Shown: one piece after another, positions 14,237 through 23,798 of the stretch
Numbering within the stretch: the stretch's first letter is position 1
Layout: every line of letters begins with the position of its first letter
NCBI GenBank assembly: GCA_043739525.1
Contig: JAYUEB010000584.1
Location: 1-32,425, forward strand
Origin: Bdellovibrionales bacterium
GTDB taxonomy: Bacteria; Bdellovibrionota; Bdellovibrionia; Bdellovibrionales; JAMPXM01
Reading direction: 5' to 3'
DNA: 32,425 nt
Translations under genes and position numbers: made by a program
Notes under the pieces: generated by a model
Told to the model about the DNA's origin: nothing
The model's database searches: none
The model's input: the letters and a program-made list of their open reading frames with translations, nothing else

Positions 14237-15607
14237 TTAAAGCGAATGATCATCTGGCACAAGACCCCGCATATAATGGTGATGAAGGTAGGCTGCAACC
14301 GCCATATAAAATGCAAATAAATTTGTGACACTCGAGTGTGAAATCGTACTCCAGTAAAGACCCGACAAATGAAAACTCACTTGGCCAGCTGCAATTGCTC
14401 CTGCAAGAACACGATGCCAAAAATGCGAAGCAGGAATTTCTTGAAAGAGTCGATATGAAAATAATAAAAAAGGCAAAATCATTGCGAAGTAAGCAAGTGT
14501 ACCTAGAATTCCGACGTGGGCTAAAAGTTCAAAATAAATATTTGTTTCAAGTTCTTTGATACTTGCATTTGTTGACGCATCAGGAGCTGAAAAGTTTCTA
14601 TTAAAGTCAGGTCCCTCTTGAAGACCAGCGCCGAAAAATGGGCTTTGTGCAAATGAGCCAAATAATTCGTTGATGTGTTCGCGTTCAACAGCCGCGCGTA
14701 AACTTTCTCGGTCTTTAATTTGATGCCAAAACTGACCTGGAGATTGATAGGCCACAAATACGACGATGGACAAGAAGACAAGCGTGCTCAATATGAATTT
14801 GAGATGACGTTGTGAATGCATGATAAGGCAAATGAGGACTCCACCCAAGCTTGCAATCCATAGTCCTGGCCGATAAGTCCAAAAGATTGCGAGCATAAGC
14901 GTGAATGTGAGTAAAAGTGAAGTCGCTCGCAAAATGTTTGAGTTTCGTTTTTCCGCTGAGAGATAACAGCAAATTGGTAGTGGTAAGATCATCGCGATGA
15001 GAGTCGCAAAAACTTCAGGATATTGACTAAACCCCGTTGAGCAAAAATAAGAGAACTCTTTAAGAGGAGCAAATTCGAGACTGCGCCCGCTAATCCATTC
15101 AGCTCCTGTAAAATGTTGGATGAAAGCATAGGCCGATGCGAGTAGGCCAGCGCCAAACAGAATTTGAAACATGTTATTGAGACCTGGAAATAACTCAAGT
15201 AAATAGGCAAAGAAATAAGGAAGAAGTAGCCATTTAAACCCAAGCAATGTCGTGAAGCCGCTATGACCTATAAAAAGTGCGTTGAGGGTCAAAACCAAGA
15301 TAAAAACACCAATAGCAACGTCAACACCAATCGGAAAAAGTTTGAACTCTCGGGTTTCCGAAAAATGATCGGCCAAAATGTAAACAGCGGCGAGTAAGGC
15401 ACAAATCCAAGCAACGATATCGTTAACGAGTGGACTCAAAAAAGTCAGAAACAAAAAAACTGTGATGAGCCATGGAAGAGGGGTGCCGGCGATTTGTTTC
15501 ACATAATAGCTCGACCAATCTTGTTTGGTTTTGGCTTTGATATCCTGATTCCAACGACCGGTGACACGTTCATGTGACTTTGCACTGGGGGTTACGAGAG
15601 TTGACAT
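14237..15607 (-). CDS. O-antigen ligase/polymerase-like polytopic membrane protein (Wzy_C-like)
   Basis: About 10 or more hydrophobic segments. 'IFWTYRPGLWIASLGG' resembles the Wzy_C core. The start abuts the stop of the upstream glycosyltransferase (15607/15608). Confidence 0.65.
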   Translation of the reverse strand: MSTLVTPSAKSHERVTGRWNQDIKAKTKQDWSSYYVKQIAGTPLPWLITVFLFLTFLSPLVNDIVAWICALLAAVYILADHFSETREFKLFPIGVDVAIGVFILVLTLNALFIGHSGFTTLLGFKWLLLPYFFAYLLELFPGLNNMFQILFGAGLLASAYAFIQHFTGAEWISGRSLEFAPLKEFSYFCSTGFSQYPEVFATLIAMILPLPICCYLSAEKRNSNILRATSLLLTFTLMLAIFWTYRPGLWIASLGGVLICLIMHSQRHLKFILSTLVFLSIVVFVAYQSPGQFWHQIKDRESLRAAVEREHINELFGSFAQSPFFGAGLQEGPDFNRNFSAPDASTNASIKELETNIYFELLAHVGILGTLAYFAMILPFLLFSYRLFQEIPASHFWHRVLAGAIAAGQVSFHLSGLYWSTISHSSVTNLFAFYMAVAAYLHHHYMRGLVPDDHSL

Positions 15608-16879
15608 CTATTCCTTCTTCTTTTTGCGGCGATAACGGCCGGTACTAAATAAAATTTCATAATAGGCATTGATACTTTCAGTGAGCATCTTTTCAATATC
15701 AAATAAGTTTAAAATTTTCTGTCGGGCGGCTTCGCCAATCTCGAGAATCGGCAAATCATCATTGAATATGTCTAAAAGCAAGTGACTCAATTCTTTTACA
15801 TCAGCAGGTCGAATCAAAAAACCATCCACAGATTTCTCAACGATACTCGACATTGGGCTCACTTCAGATCCGATAATCACTTTCTTTTGAGACATTGCCT
15901 CAATTAAGCCCGGCTCAAAACCTGTTGTTCGAGCACTGGTATTGACGTAGACGTCTGCCAAAGCAATGTAATCTGGAATATCACTACTATGAATCGCACC
16001 GGCTAAAATCACCTTACTGCCAAGAGCTAGGTTGAGCATGATGCGTTCGATATCAAAAAATTTAGGGCCGTTTCCGAGAACAATAAGCCGTGAATTTGGT
16101 TTCTTGATGACCAGTTTTTCAAAGGAGTAAAACAAATTTCTGATTTCGTTTACTTCGTTCATTTCAGAGATCGTGACAATCGTCTTTGCGTTCTCTGGAA
16201 TAGATAACTGCTTTCGAAGCTCGTCTGATTTTTCGCGCGGACTTAAATCTCCGACTTCAATTCCGTAAGGTACGGTGTGAATGCGAGCATCAGGATAAAG
16301 ATAATATCTTTCAAGCATAATTCTTTGTTGTGGACTCGTGACAAAAACGCCGTCTGCACTTTGGAGAAGCTTGCGATCTGAGCCTAAGTAGGTGCGCAAA
16401 AACTTATAGGCAACAGCAAAGGTCGTGCTCAGCAGGCTGCCGAGTGTCTCTTGTGCCATGCCTTGTATGGCAAAAAGTTGTGACATCTGAGTTGCTTCGA
16501 CGTCGTAGACGACAGAGATTTTGTATTCATCTTTAAATTTACTGATTTTGTACGCGGCCGGATCAATGCTATGTAAAACATGAAAGGGCGTTTGCTTATG
16601 TAGCTCCAAAAATTTTTCTTTAATAAGATCTGAAAAAGATAAACGTCGCTTTGAAGATCTGCCTTCGCCCAAATAAAAAATTTGTACGCCGTCTTTTTCA
16701 ATGAGTTGAGTGGAACTCGGATTTTGATAGGCCAAGACTTTAACACTGTGCCCGCGTTGAACGAGTCCTCGCGCGATCAACCAGAAAAAATTATGCTCAG
16801 ACGAACGTTTCGGTACGTGAAATTGTCTTGAGACAAGACAGACATTTAATTTTTCAGGTAAAAAATCCTTCGCAGCCAT
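15608..16879 (-). CDS. glycosyltransferase, GT-B fold (family 4-like)
   Basis: 'NTSARTTGFEPGLIEAMSQKKVIIGSEV' is the C-terminal sugar-donor-binding motif. 'LIVLGNGP' is present, and the N-terminal 'VSRQFHVPKRSSEHNFF' region is typical of GT4. Confidence 0.85.
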   Translation of the reverse strand: MAAKDFLPEKLNVCLVSRQFHVPKRSSEHNFFWLIARGLVQRGHSVKVLAYQNPSSTQLIEKDGVQIFYLGEGRSSKRRLSFSDLIKEKFLELHKQTPFHVLHSIDPAAYKISKFKDEYKISVVYDVEATQMSQLFAIQGMAQETLGSLLSTTFAVAYKFLRTYLGSDRKLLQSADGVFVTSPQQRIMLERYYLYPDARIHTVPYGIEVGDLSPREKSDELRKQLSIPENAKTIVTISEMNEVNEIRNLFYSFEKLVIKKPNSRLIVLGNGPKFFDIERIMLNLALGSKVILAGAIHSSDIPDYIALADVYVNTSARTTGFEPGLIEAMSQKKVIIGSEVSPMSSIVEKSVDGFLIRPADVKELSHLLLDIFNDDLPILEIGEAARQKILNLFDIEKMLTESINAYYEILFSTGRYRRKKKKE

Positions 16880-16918
16880 AATTTAGGTTAACTTCTGAAA
16901 TCAAGACTCGCAAGTCGC

Positions 16919-18010
16919 TTACGAAAGAAGTTTGGCGTACATCCGACTCAACTGGTTTCCGAGTTCGTCTTCGGAGTGGATCAACTTTAGCTGTGCTAGA
17001 TTATTACGCAGCAGTTCGCGAGTGGATTCGGAATTTAAAAGCTCCGAAATGGCTGGTCCAATCTGTGAGTCCTCAATCACCTTCGCATGAACATTGTTTT
17101 GGATTGGAATTTGGCTAGCCTGTACCTGCCGATGGCTCATCACAGTCGCCGTTTGAGCGGCCAAAATGAGTCCAAGATTTTCATGTATCAAGTGGGGCGA
17201 AAAGCGCAGTCCAGATAGTAATGTCAGTTGGGCGGATCTCAAGTAAGACAATTTCTTTTTTTGGTTGAGAGGTCCAGTCCATTTCACTCGAGATGCCACC
17301 GGATCAAGTGCTTGAAGAATTTGTCTTCGAGTCTTGAGGTCAAAATCAAGCTGACTGCCTGAGCAGACGAGATTCAGACTCGAGTCTTTTTGCATGAGAT
17401 CAACCAAAATTGAAATGAGTGACTGCGACTGATCATAAAGATGAAAGTTCTCAGGTAAAAAAATGTATTTTTCGGTATACGTGACTTCAAAGTTTGTTTG
17501 AGCGGATAAGTCTTGATAGGCCCTTGCTGGAAGACACTCAATTGAAAGGCTTTGAAAACGCTTTTTAAGCGGAGCCGCCTGCGAAGGATCAATGACACTG
17601 ACATATTGGGAGGCTAAAATCATCGTTTCAAGCCCGCGACTGAGTTTAGGATCAAAATCAAAGAGACTAAAAATATTTTGTGTATTCGAAGTTTTTGCAA
17701 ACGCAGCTAGGATCGGAAAAGCGTGGCCTAGGCCCATTTTTTTCTGTGGCTGAACAAAATGAAAAATGTCGGCTTTAATCTGAAAGAGGATAGGTAAAAG
17801 TTTTGCGGCCTCGAGGATATTCCATTTTCGAAAGGCTCTCATGATTTGAACCTTGGAATGGTAGCCAGAGAGTTCGGACTCGCCGTCATCATGAGTAATA
17901 AAATAAATCTCGTTGGCAGTTTCGGCTGCAAAGTTGACGATTTGTTTTGAAAAATAAGTACGGGATAAGCCATCAATGGTAGCGTCACTAAAGACAACTA
18001 TTTTGGCCAT
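16919..18010 (-). CDS. glycosyltransferase-like protein (GT-B-like, degenerate catalytic motif)
   Basis: Size, position in a glycosyltransferase/ligase run, and 'LLSGLRFSPHLIHENLGLILAAQTATVMS' at the place of the E-x7-E motif, with the second Glu not evident. Confidence 0.45.
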   Translation of the reverse strand: MAKIVVFSDATIDGLSRTYFSKQIVNFAAETANEIYFITHDDGESELSGYHSKVQIMRAFRKWNILEAAKLLPILFQIKADIFHFVQPQKKMGLGHAFPILAAFAKTSNTQNIFSLFDFDPKLSRGLETMILASQYVSVIDPSQAAPLKKRFQSLSIECLPARAYQDLSAQTNFEVTYTEKYIFLPENFHLYDQSQSLISILVDLMQKDSSLNLVCSGSQLDFDLKTRRQILQALDPVASRVKWTGPLNQKKKLSYLRSAQLTLLSGLRFSPHLIHENLGLILAAQTATVMSHRQVQASQIPIQNNVHAKVIEDSQIGPAISELLNSESTRELLRNNLAQLKLIHSEDELGNQLSRMYAKLLS

Positions 18011-18026
18011 AAAAGACTCTTTTCGA

Positions 18027-18437
18027 TCACGAAGTCAAAACAGAGGTCAAACGATCGAGAATCTTTTTGTTGGCGTCTGGAATTTGCAAACTTGAAAGCT
18101 CTCGTGGATGAATCCACTTGAGTTCCATGTGATGCACAGTCTTCGGTTCGCCTTTCCAAAATAAGACCTCAAAAAATAAAATTAAGATTCCGGTGTCGCC
18201 ATAAGAATGGGTACTCGCAATTTTGAGAGTGCCGATCTCGGCGTCAATCGCGAGTTCCTCGCTTAATTCACGGGCCAAAGCTTGTTCAGGGGTTTCACCC
18301 TTCTCAATTTTTCCGCCAGGAAATTCCCATTGCCCAGCCAAAGAATGTCCGACTGGTCTCTGGCCGACAAGAACTTTGTCACCTTTTCGAATAAGTCCCG
18401 TTACAACGGGAATCCATACCGGACGTTTCAATGCCAT
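18027..18437 (-). CDS. mutT: 8-oxo-dGTP diphosphatase (Nudix hydrolase MutT)
   Basis: Nudix box 'GQWEFPGGKIEKGETPEQALARELSEELAI' is nearly identical in pattern to E. coli MutT 'LEFPGGKIEMGETPEQAVVRELQEEVGI'. Confidence 0.85.
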   Translation of the reverse strand: MALKRPVWIPVVTGLIRKGDKVLVGQRPVGHSLAGQWEFPGGKIEKGETPEQALARELSEELAIDAEIGTLKIASTHSYGDTGILILFFEVLFWKGEPKTVHHMELKWIHPRELSSLQIPDANKKILDRLTSVLTS

Positions 18438-18448
18438 AGTGAAACAGC

Positions 18449-19459
18449 TTAGTTCTGAGGCGGCTTTTTATCAAAGTATTTTGCAGTCTCTCTAAAAAAT
18501 AGTGGACCTCGAAAAATCAAAGCAGCATAGACTTGCACAAGGTCAGCTCCAATCTCGAGGCGCTCGAGAACATCCTCGGGAGTCATAACGCCTCCGACAG
18601 AGATGAGCAGCCGGTCTTGTTTTGAATTTCCTAAAAATTTGACTGCCTGCTGCAACTTGATTTTCGACAATTCTGCGAGCGGTGAGCCAGAGACGCCGCC
18701 CTCTTTTTGAAATTTTGAATTGGGCCCGCGCGAGAGAGTTGTATTGGTCAGAATCCAACCGTCAATTTGCGATGCCGCGGAACGATCTAGCATATCCAAG
18801 CTCTCGGCTTCCGTCATGTCGGGACTTAGTTTAAGTAAAATTGGTTTTTTAGTCTTTGCTTTGAATTGTGCTTTTGAAATTTCAGCGAGCAAATTTTCTA
18901 AAAAATGACGATCCGCTAAGTCACGTAGGCCAGAAGTATTAGGGCTCGAAATATTAACGACAAAAGCATCGGCAAAAGGATGCAATTTTTCAAAACAAGT
19001 CACGTAATCCTGAAAAGCTTGTTCGTTTGGGGTCGCACGATTTTTTCCGATGTTGATAAAAAGCGGTCGTGGCAAATCGGATCCGAGTGCTTTTAACTTT
19101 TGAACAACCGCATCGGCCCCTGGGCCCGGAAATCCCATCTTATTCCAAACCGAAAAATCAGTGAGGTCGCGATCCATGATGAGACCGGGGTTAGGTGATT
19201 GCTTAAGTGGAGTGACAGTGCCGAGTTCTAAAAATCCACTGCCAAATTTATTCCAGGCAACCAGTGAATCACCTGTTTTGTCGACTCCGCCTGCAATTCC
19301 CAATGGATTACGAAAGTGAAGTCCGCGCCAATTTCGTTCACGCCAATTCAAATTTTTTTCAGATAAAAACTGTGACCAAATTTTGAGGCCTAGCGGCCCA
19401 AGATCGTGGGCCATCTTTGGCGAAAGCCAAAGCCAAGGCCCACTTATTTTTGAATTCAT
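18449..19459 (-). CDS. pyrD: dihydroorotate dehydrogenase (quinone), class 2
   Basis: 'FRNPLGIAGGVDK', 'GFLELGTVTP', 'INIGKN', 'VVNISSPNTSGLRDL', 'LLKLSPD' and 'GGVSG' are present. I chose the start at 19459 (MNSKISGP) because the longer ORF (to 19510) overlaps the gdh 3' end. Confidence 0.9.
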   Translation of the reverse strand: MNSKISGPWLWLSPKMAHDLGPLGLKIWSQFLSEKNLNWRERNWRGLHFRNPLGIAGGVDKTGDSLVAWNKFGSGFLELGTVTPLKQSPNPGLIMDRDLTDFSVWNKMGFPGPGADAVVQKLKALGSDLPRPLFINIGKNRATPNEQAFQDYVTCFEKLHPFADAFVVNISSPNTSGLRDLADRHFLENLLAEISKAQFKAKTKKPILLKLSPDMTEAESLDMLDRSAASQIDGWILTNTTLSRGPNSKFQKEGGVSGSPLAELSKIKLQQAVKFLGNSKQDRLLISVGGVMTPEDVLERLEIGADLVQVYAALIFRGPLFFRETAKYFDKKPPQN

Positions 19460-19469
19460 ATTTTTGAAA

Positions 19470-20726
19470 TCATCTCGGATAAAGTCCGCGAAGGAGCATC
19501 GCTTTTTCAAGACGTCGGATAGCTTGTGCCATCGCAGCTGTTCGCATGTCGATTTTCTTTTCGATTTTCATTTCCCAAACTTTATCAAAAGCGGCCGTGA
19601 TGATTTGTTTCATTTTGTTGTTTACTTCATCTTCATTCCAGAAGAACCATTGCAAACCCTGAACCCATTCGAAGTAACTGACGATCACACCGCCACCATT
19701 TGCCAAAATATCCGGAACGACAACGATACCTTTGTCGACCAACATTTTTGCGCCATCCATTGTGCATGGACCGTTTGCACCTTCAACGACAATTTTTGTT
19801 TTGATTTTACCTGCGTTCGCAACCGTAATAACTCCATCTAAAGCACAAGGAGCTAAGATATCACATTCAATGCCGAGAATTTGTTCGTTCGTGATGGGCT
19901 CTGCTTTCGGATAACCGCGAAGAGATTTTGTTTCAGTCATGTACTTAATGACATCAGGAATGTTCAAGCCTTTAGAATCGTAAATTCCGGCGTGAACATC
20001 ATTCACAGCAAGAACTTTGCAACCGCGTTCATGAGCGTACATTGCTGCGTGCATACCCACGTTACCAAAACCTTGTACAACCATCGTTGAGTTTGCGAAT
20101 TTCATTCCCAATTTTTCACAGGCTTTTTCAGCAGAGAATACAACACCTAAACCAGTCGCGCCTGTTCGGCCGTAAGATCCGCCGATTTCAATTGGCTTGC
20201 CAGTGACAACCCCAGGTTGAGCGAAGCCAACTTCTTGAGAATAAGTATCCATCATCCACGCCATTGTTTGCGCATCCGTTCCCATGTCAGGAGCTGGAAT
20301 ATCAATATTGGGTCCGATGGCGTTTCCGAGTTCGCTTGTAAATCTGCGAGTAAGATTTTGTTTTTCAGTTCGTGATAAAAGTGTTGGATCGACTTTGACT
20401 CCGCCTTTTGCTCCACCAAGTGGGAGGGTGAGAAGCGAACATTTAAAAGTCATGAGAGTTGCCAAGGCTGCAACTTCACCGATGTCAACGCCCTCATGGT
20501 AACGAATACCACCTTTGTAAGGACCAAGAGTCGAACTATGCTGTACGCGATAGCCTGTAAATACTTTTACTTTGTAGTCGTCCATTCGAACAGGGATACT
20601 GACGACGATTGATTTGCGCGGACGCTTGATTCTTTCGAGAACGTTTGGATCGCAATTGATGACATTGGCTGCGGTCTCAAGTCCTGTAATGGTATTTCTA
20701 AAAAGTACGTTATCTGTATATTCCAT
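19470..20726 (-). CDS. gdh: glutamate dehydrogenase (Glu/Leu/Phe/Val dehydrogenase family)
   Basis: Catalytic 'LPLGGAKGGVKVDP', dinucleotide fold 'VVQGFGNVGMH', and 'ANGP' / 'PDILANGGGV' near the C-terminus. Confidence 0.9.
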   Translation of the reverse strand: MEYTDNVLFRNTITGLETAANVINCDPNVLERIKRPRKSIVVSIPVRMDDYKVKVFTGYRVQHSSTLGPYKGGIRYHEGVDIGEVAALATLMTFKCSLLTLPLGGAKGGVKVDPTLLSRTEKQNLTRRFTSELGNAIGPNIDIPAPDMGTDAQTMAWMMDTYSQEVGFAQPGVVTGKPIEIGGSYGRTGATGLGVVFSAEKACEKLGMKFANSTMVVQGFGNVGMHAAMYAHERGCKVLAVNDVHAGIYDSKGLNIPDVIKYMTETKSLRGYPKAEPITNEQILGIECDILAPCALDGVITVANAGKIKTKIVVEGANGPCTMDGAKMLVDKGIVVVPDILANGGGVIVSYFEWVQGLQWFFWNEDEVNNKMKQIITAAFDKVWEMKIEKKIDMRTAAMAQAIRRLEKAMLLRGLYPR

Positions 20727-20799
20727 GACCTATTCCTTATGAATTAAGATTTGGGTCATATTATTCAGCTTTGCATTTTGCTTTGCAAGTTGAATTCAA

Positions 20800-21558
20800 A
20801 TGGAATTACTATGGATACAACGCCTTAATCTCATAGAGGACGGAGCTTTGGCATTTTCAGTTCAACTTAAAAACAACGACTCCATTTTCATGAGCCTGGA
20901 TGGCCCCCAAGATGTGAAGTCCTCTTTTATGCAAGCAGTTGAAACCGCCTTAAAACGTCGCGTCATCAAATTTGAAATCGATATTGCGCAAAACCTAAGC
21001 GCACTAGATGAGATTTTTTTGCAACTGGTGGCTCTGCAGAAGGTGCTCGGTAAAAGGGGAGAGCGCGTTGTTTTGGTTTCAAAAGTAGACCTACCTGCTG
21101 AACTTGAAATCAAGCTTCATGAGGCAGGGGTTGAGCTAAGGGTTGATCAAGAAATCAAATCCCTCAGTGAGGTCCATTCTTTGACTGGTCTTGCGTTTGG
21201 AGAGTTCTATAAACAAGCCCGACTTAAAAATTGGCCCAAACTCGAAGTTCGCTTTAAAGAAGTTTATGACGAACTGAGAAGTCTTATTCAGGCTGAACGT
21301 GCTCTTCAAAAAGAAATTGAATTTTACAAAAAACGAATTATCAGCCTGAGGCCACTCATAGCGGAAAACCTCAAGCTTCCAGAGCTTGCTGAAAAAAATC
21401 TTCAACAAGAAAGAAAGTTAATTGATATCCGCAATCAGAATGAGGTCATGCAAGTTGAAATTGCGAAGCTGACGCAAGACTTGCAATCCCAACGGGCGAA
21501 GTATAAAGCTTTGGTGGCGCAGCTCGAAAATCCAGAAGCAAAAAAAGGTTTGTCATGA
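20800..21558 (+). CDS. hypothetical protein: STAS-like N-domain plus C-terminal coiled coil
   Basis: 'FMSLDGPQDV...VIKFEIDIAQNLSALDEIFLQLVALQKVLGKRGERVVLVS' resembles the anti-sigma-antagonist (STAS) pattern. The C-terminal 120 aa is heptad-rich (E/K/L/Q). The stop overlaps the hldA start (ATGA at 21555-21558). Confidence 0.5.
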   Translation: MELLWIQRLNLIEDGALAFSVQLKNNDSIFMSLDGPQDVKSSFMQAVETALKRRVIKFEIDIAQNLSALDEIFLQLVALQKVLGKRGERVVLVSKVDLPAELEIKLHEAGVELRVDQEIKSLSEVHSLTGLAFGEFYKQARLKNWPKLEVRFKEVYDELRSLIQAERALQKEIEFYKKRIISLRPLIAENLKLPELAEKNLQQERKLIDIRNQNEVMQVEIAKLTQDLQSQRAKYKALVAQLENPEAKKGLS

Positions 21559-22565
21559 CTAATACCTATAAAGACTACGCGAATTACGTTCGTCAAAATA
21601 TAAACAAGCTCGATCAAAAAAAGGTCATTATCATCGGTGATATTGGACTTGATGAATACGTATTCGGTTCTGTACGTCGTATTAGTCCAGAGGCTCCGGT
21701 TCCGGTTGTTGAAGTTGAGAGCCAAGAATTTCGCTTGGGTCTCGCAGCCAATGTCGCTCAAAATATTTCAAGTCTTGGTGGCGTGCCATATTTACTCAGC
21801 ATTGTTGGCAGTGATTCAGCGGCAGAGGATTTGCGTCAACTTCTAAAGAACGCAGATGTTTCAACAGAAGGACTCATAACAAGTCCTGATCGTCCGACCA
21901 CTCGCAAAACACGTATCATGGTTCAAAATCATCATGTCGTTCGCGTCGATTATGAACGCAAACAATTTTTAAATGAAGAAACCGAGAGGCTTCTATTTAA
22001 AAAGCTCGGCGAGCAAATTGATTCATGCGTTGCTGTGATCGTTCAAGATTATGCAAAAGGTGTTTTGTCCAAAAGTCTCATTTCAAAAATTGTGAATCTC
22101 GCTCACCAAAAAAACAAGAAAGTCTTAGCGGATCCGAACCGATTAACACCGATTGATTACTATGCGGGTGTCGATCTGATGACTCCAAATTATGAAGAGT
22201 CCGTCGCCCTTTCTCACTTTGTCGTTGATAGCTTGAGACCTGATAAAGACGAAATCACCAAAATCGGCTTTGAACTCATGAAGTCTATCGGGAGCACCAA
22301 TATGGTGATCACTCGTGGAAAAGAGGGAATGAGCCTGTTTCAAAACAGCCAAGTCACCGAAATGCCGACTTTTGCAAAGCAAGTTGCAGATGTGACTGGC
22401 GCTGGAGACACAGTCATCGCTGCGATAGCTCTCGCTTGGGGGGCCGGCTTTAGCCTTGAAAATGCCTGCGCTTTAGCGAACTTAGCTGCTGGTATCGTGG
22501 TCGCTAAGGTCGGTTGCGTTCCCTGTTCGAGGGCTGAGGTCCTCGATCTGGTGCAGGGCTTTTAA
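21555..22565 (+). CDS. hldA: D-glycero-beta-D-manno-heptose-7-phosphate kinase (RfaE domain I only)
   Basis: 'IIGDIGLDEYVFGSVRRISPEAPVPVVEV', 'VQDYAKGVL' and 'VADVTGAGDTVIAA' are collinear with the E. coli HldE kinase half. There is no adenylyltransferase domain. Confidence 0.9.
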   Translation: MTNTYKDYANYVRQNINKLDQKKVIIIGDIGLDEYVFGSVRRISPEAPVPVVEVESQEFRLGLAANVAQNISSLGGVPYLLSIVGSDSAAEDLRQLLKNADVSTEGLITSPDRPTTRKTRIMVQNHHVVRVDYERKQFLNEETERLLFKKLGEQIDSCVAVIVQDYAKGVLSKSLISKIVNLAHQKNKKVLADPNRLTPIDYYAGVDLMTPNYEESVALSHFVVDSLRPDKDEITKIGFELMKSIGSTNMVITRGKEGMSLFQNSQVTEMPTFAKQVADVTGAGDTVIAAIALAWGAGFSLENACALANLAAGIVVAKVGCVPCSRAEVLDLVQGF

Positions 22566-22621
22566 TCAAGATTTGAAAGAAATCTAAGCTCCTCTGAATT
22601 CATGGTTTTTTAAGTCTAATC

Positions 22622-23752
22622 GTGCTATTTGACTGCATGCCTGAAATCGAAAACGCACAACATAACTTCTACGACCTCACACTTGCTCAAATTCAGAGTT
22701 TGATTGCAGGTAAAGGTAAAGAAAAGTTTCGTGCTCAACAAATTTTTCGTTGGGTTTATGAAAAGCGCGTGAGTAGTTTTGCTGAGATGTCGAATCTCTC
22801 AAAAGACTTTCGCGAAGAACTTGAAGGCGTATTTCATTTTGCTCTTCCAAAAAAAGTAAGCGAACTCAAAAGCCTTGATGGTACTCGAAAATATCTCTTC
22901 GACATCGGCCAGGGAAATACCATTGAAACGGTCTTAATCCCTTCAGGTGAAGATCGACTGACGCTTTGTGTGTCCTCTGAAGTCGGATGCAATATGGCCT
23001 GTAAGTTTTGTTTTACCGGCAAGCAAAAACTCAAACGAAGACTTTCTACTTCCGAGATTGTTGGGCAATTCATGCACGTTCATGACAGCCTACAAGCCGA
23101 AGCTAAACGTATCAGCAACATCGTTTTTATGGGAATGGGCGAACCGCTCGATAATCCTGAAGCGGTGTTTGGTTCCATTGATATTTTGACAAACGAGTGG
23201 GGTGTTAACCTCTCGAAAAAGAAAATCACGGTATCAACATCAGGCTTAGTACCGCTCATGCCACTCATTACCCAAGCCGGTGTAAGGCTTGCTGTGAGCT
23301 TGAATGCTCCGAATGAAGAAATTCGCGATTATGTGATGCCAATCAATAAAAAGTATCCTCTAAGTGAGCTTCTTGCAGCCTGTAAAGAGCATTGCTCAGA
23401 GACAGGTGATAAGGTCACGTTTGAATATGTCTTGCTGAAAGGCGTGACAGATTCACTTGAGAATGCTCGCGAAGTTCACCGTTTGACTCGCGGAATCCCT
23501 TGTAAAATTAATATTATTCCATTTAATGAGCACCCGGGTTCGGACTTTCAGAGACCTGAGCGCGAGAGCGTTTTGAGATTTCAAGCTGAGCTCATACGCC
23601 TTGGAGCCCATGTTCTTTTAAGAAAAACTATGGGTCGTGATATCTACGCTGCTTGCGGACAGCTCACCTCAGTCTACGAAGGCCGCCCTGAGACCTTTAA
23701 AATTGGTCAAGACGACATCCATAGGCAAGCCCATAGCTCTCTTCGGGTATAA
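22622..23752 (+). CDS. rlmN: 23S rRNA/tRNA (adenine-C2)-methyltransferase RlmN (radical SAM)
   Basis: 'FRAQQIFRWVY', 'TLCVSSEVGCNMACKFCFTG', 'FMGMGEPLDN' and 'ACGQL' are present. The start is either GTG at 22622 or ATG at 22637. Confidence 0.9.
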   Translation: MLFDCMPEIENAQHNFYDLTLAQIQSLIAGKGKEKFRAQQIFRWVYEKRVSSFAEMSNLSKDFREELEGVFHFALPKKVSELKSLDGTRKYLFDIGQGNTIETVLIPSGEDRLTLCVSSEVGCNMACKFCFTGKQKLKRRLSTSEIVGQFMHVHDSLQAEAKRISNIVFMGMGEPLDNPEAVFGSIDILTNEWGVNLSKKKITVSTSGLVPLMPLITQAGVRLAVSLNAPNEEIRDYVMPINKKYPLSELLAACKEHCSETGDKVTFEYVLLKGVTDSLENAREVHRLTRGIPCKINIIPFNEHPGSDFQRPERESVLRFQAELIRLGAHVLLRKTMGRDIYAACGQLTSVYEGRPETFKIGQDDIHRQAHSSLRV

Positions 23753-23770
23753 TTCGTTGAAGACGCCGCA

Positions 23771-23798
23771 CATTTTGAAAAACTTATTTGTCAAAATG
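23771..23798. promoter_or_regulatory. 8-N12-8 perfect inverted repeat upstream of the PfkB kinase gene
   Basis: CATTTTGA (23771-23778), 12 nt, then TCAAAATG (23791-23798), 55 nt upstream of the ATG at 23853. It could be an operator or an AT-rich rlmN terminator stem. Confidence 0.25.

Noticed and set aside
19383-19841. 152-aa plus-strand ORF antisense to the pyrD/gdh junction, and similar antisense ORFs across 14338-15243, 17374-17604, 19732-20502 and 25161-25992
   Set aside because: All are opposite or off-frame to genes with strong family motifs. They have skewed composition and no independent support.
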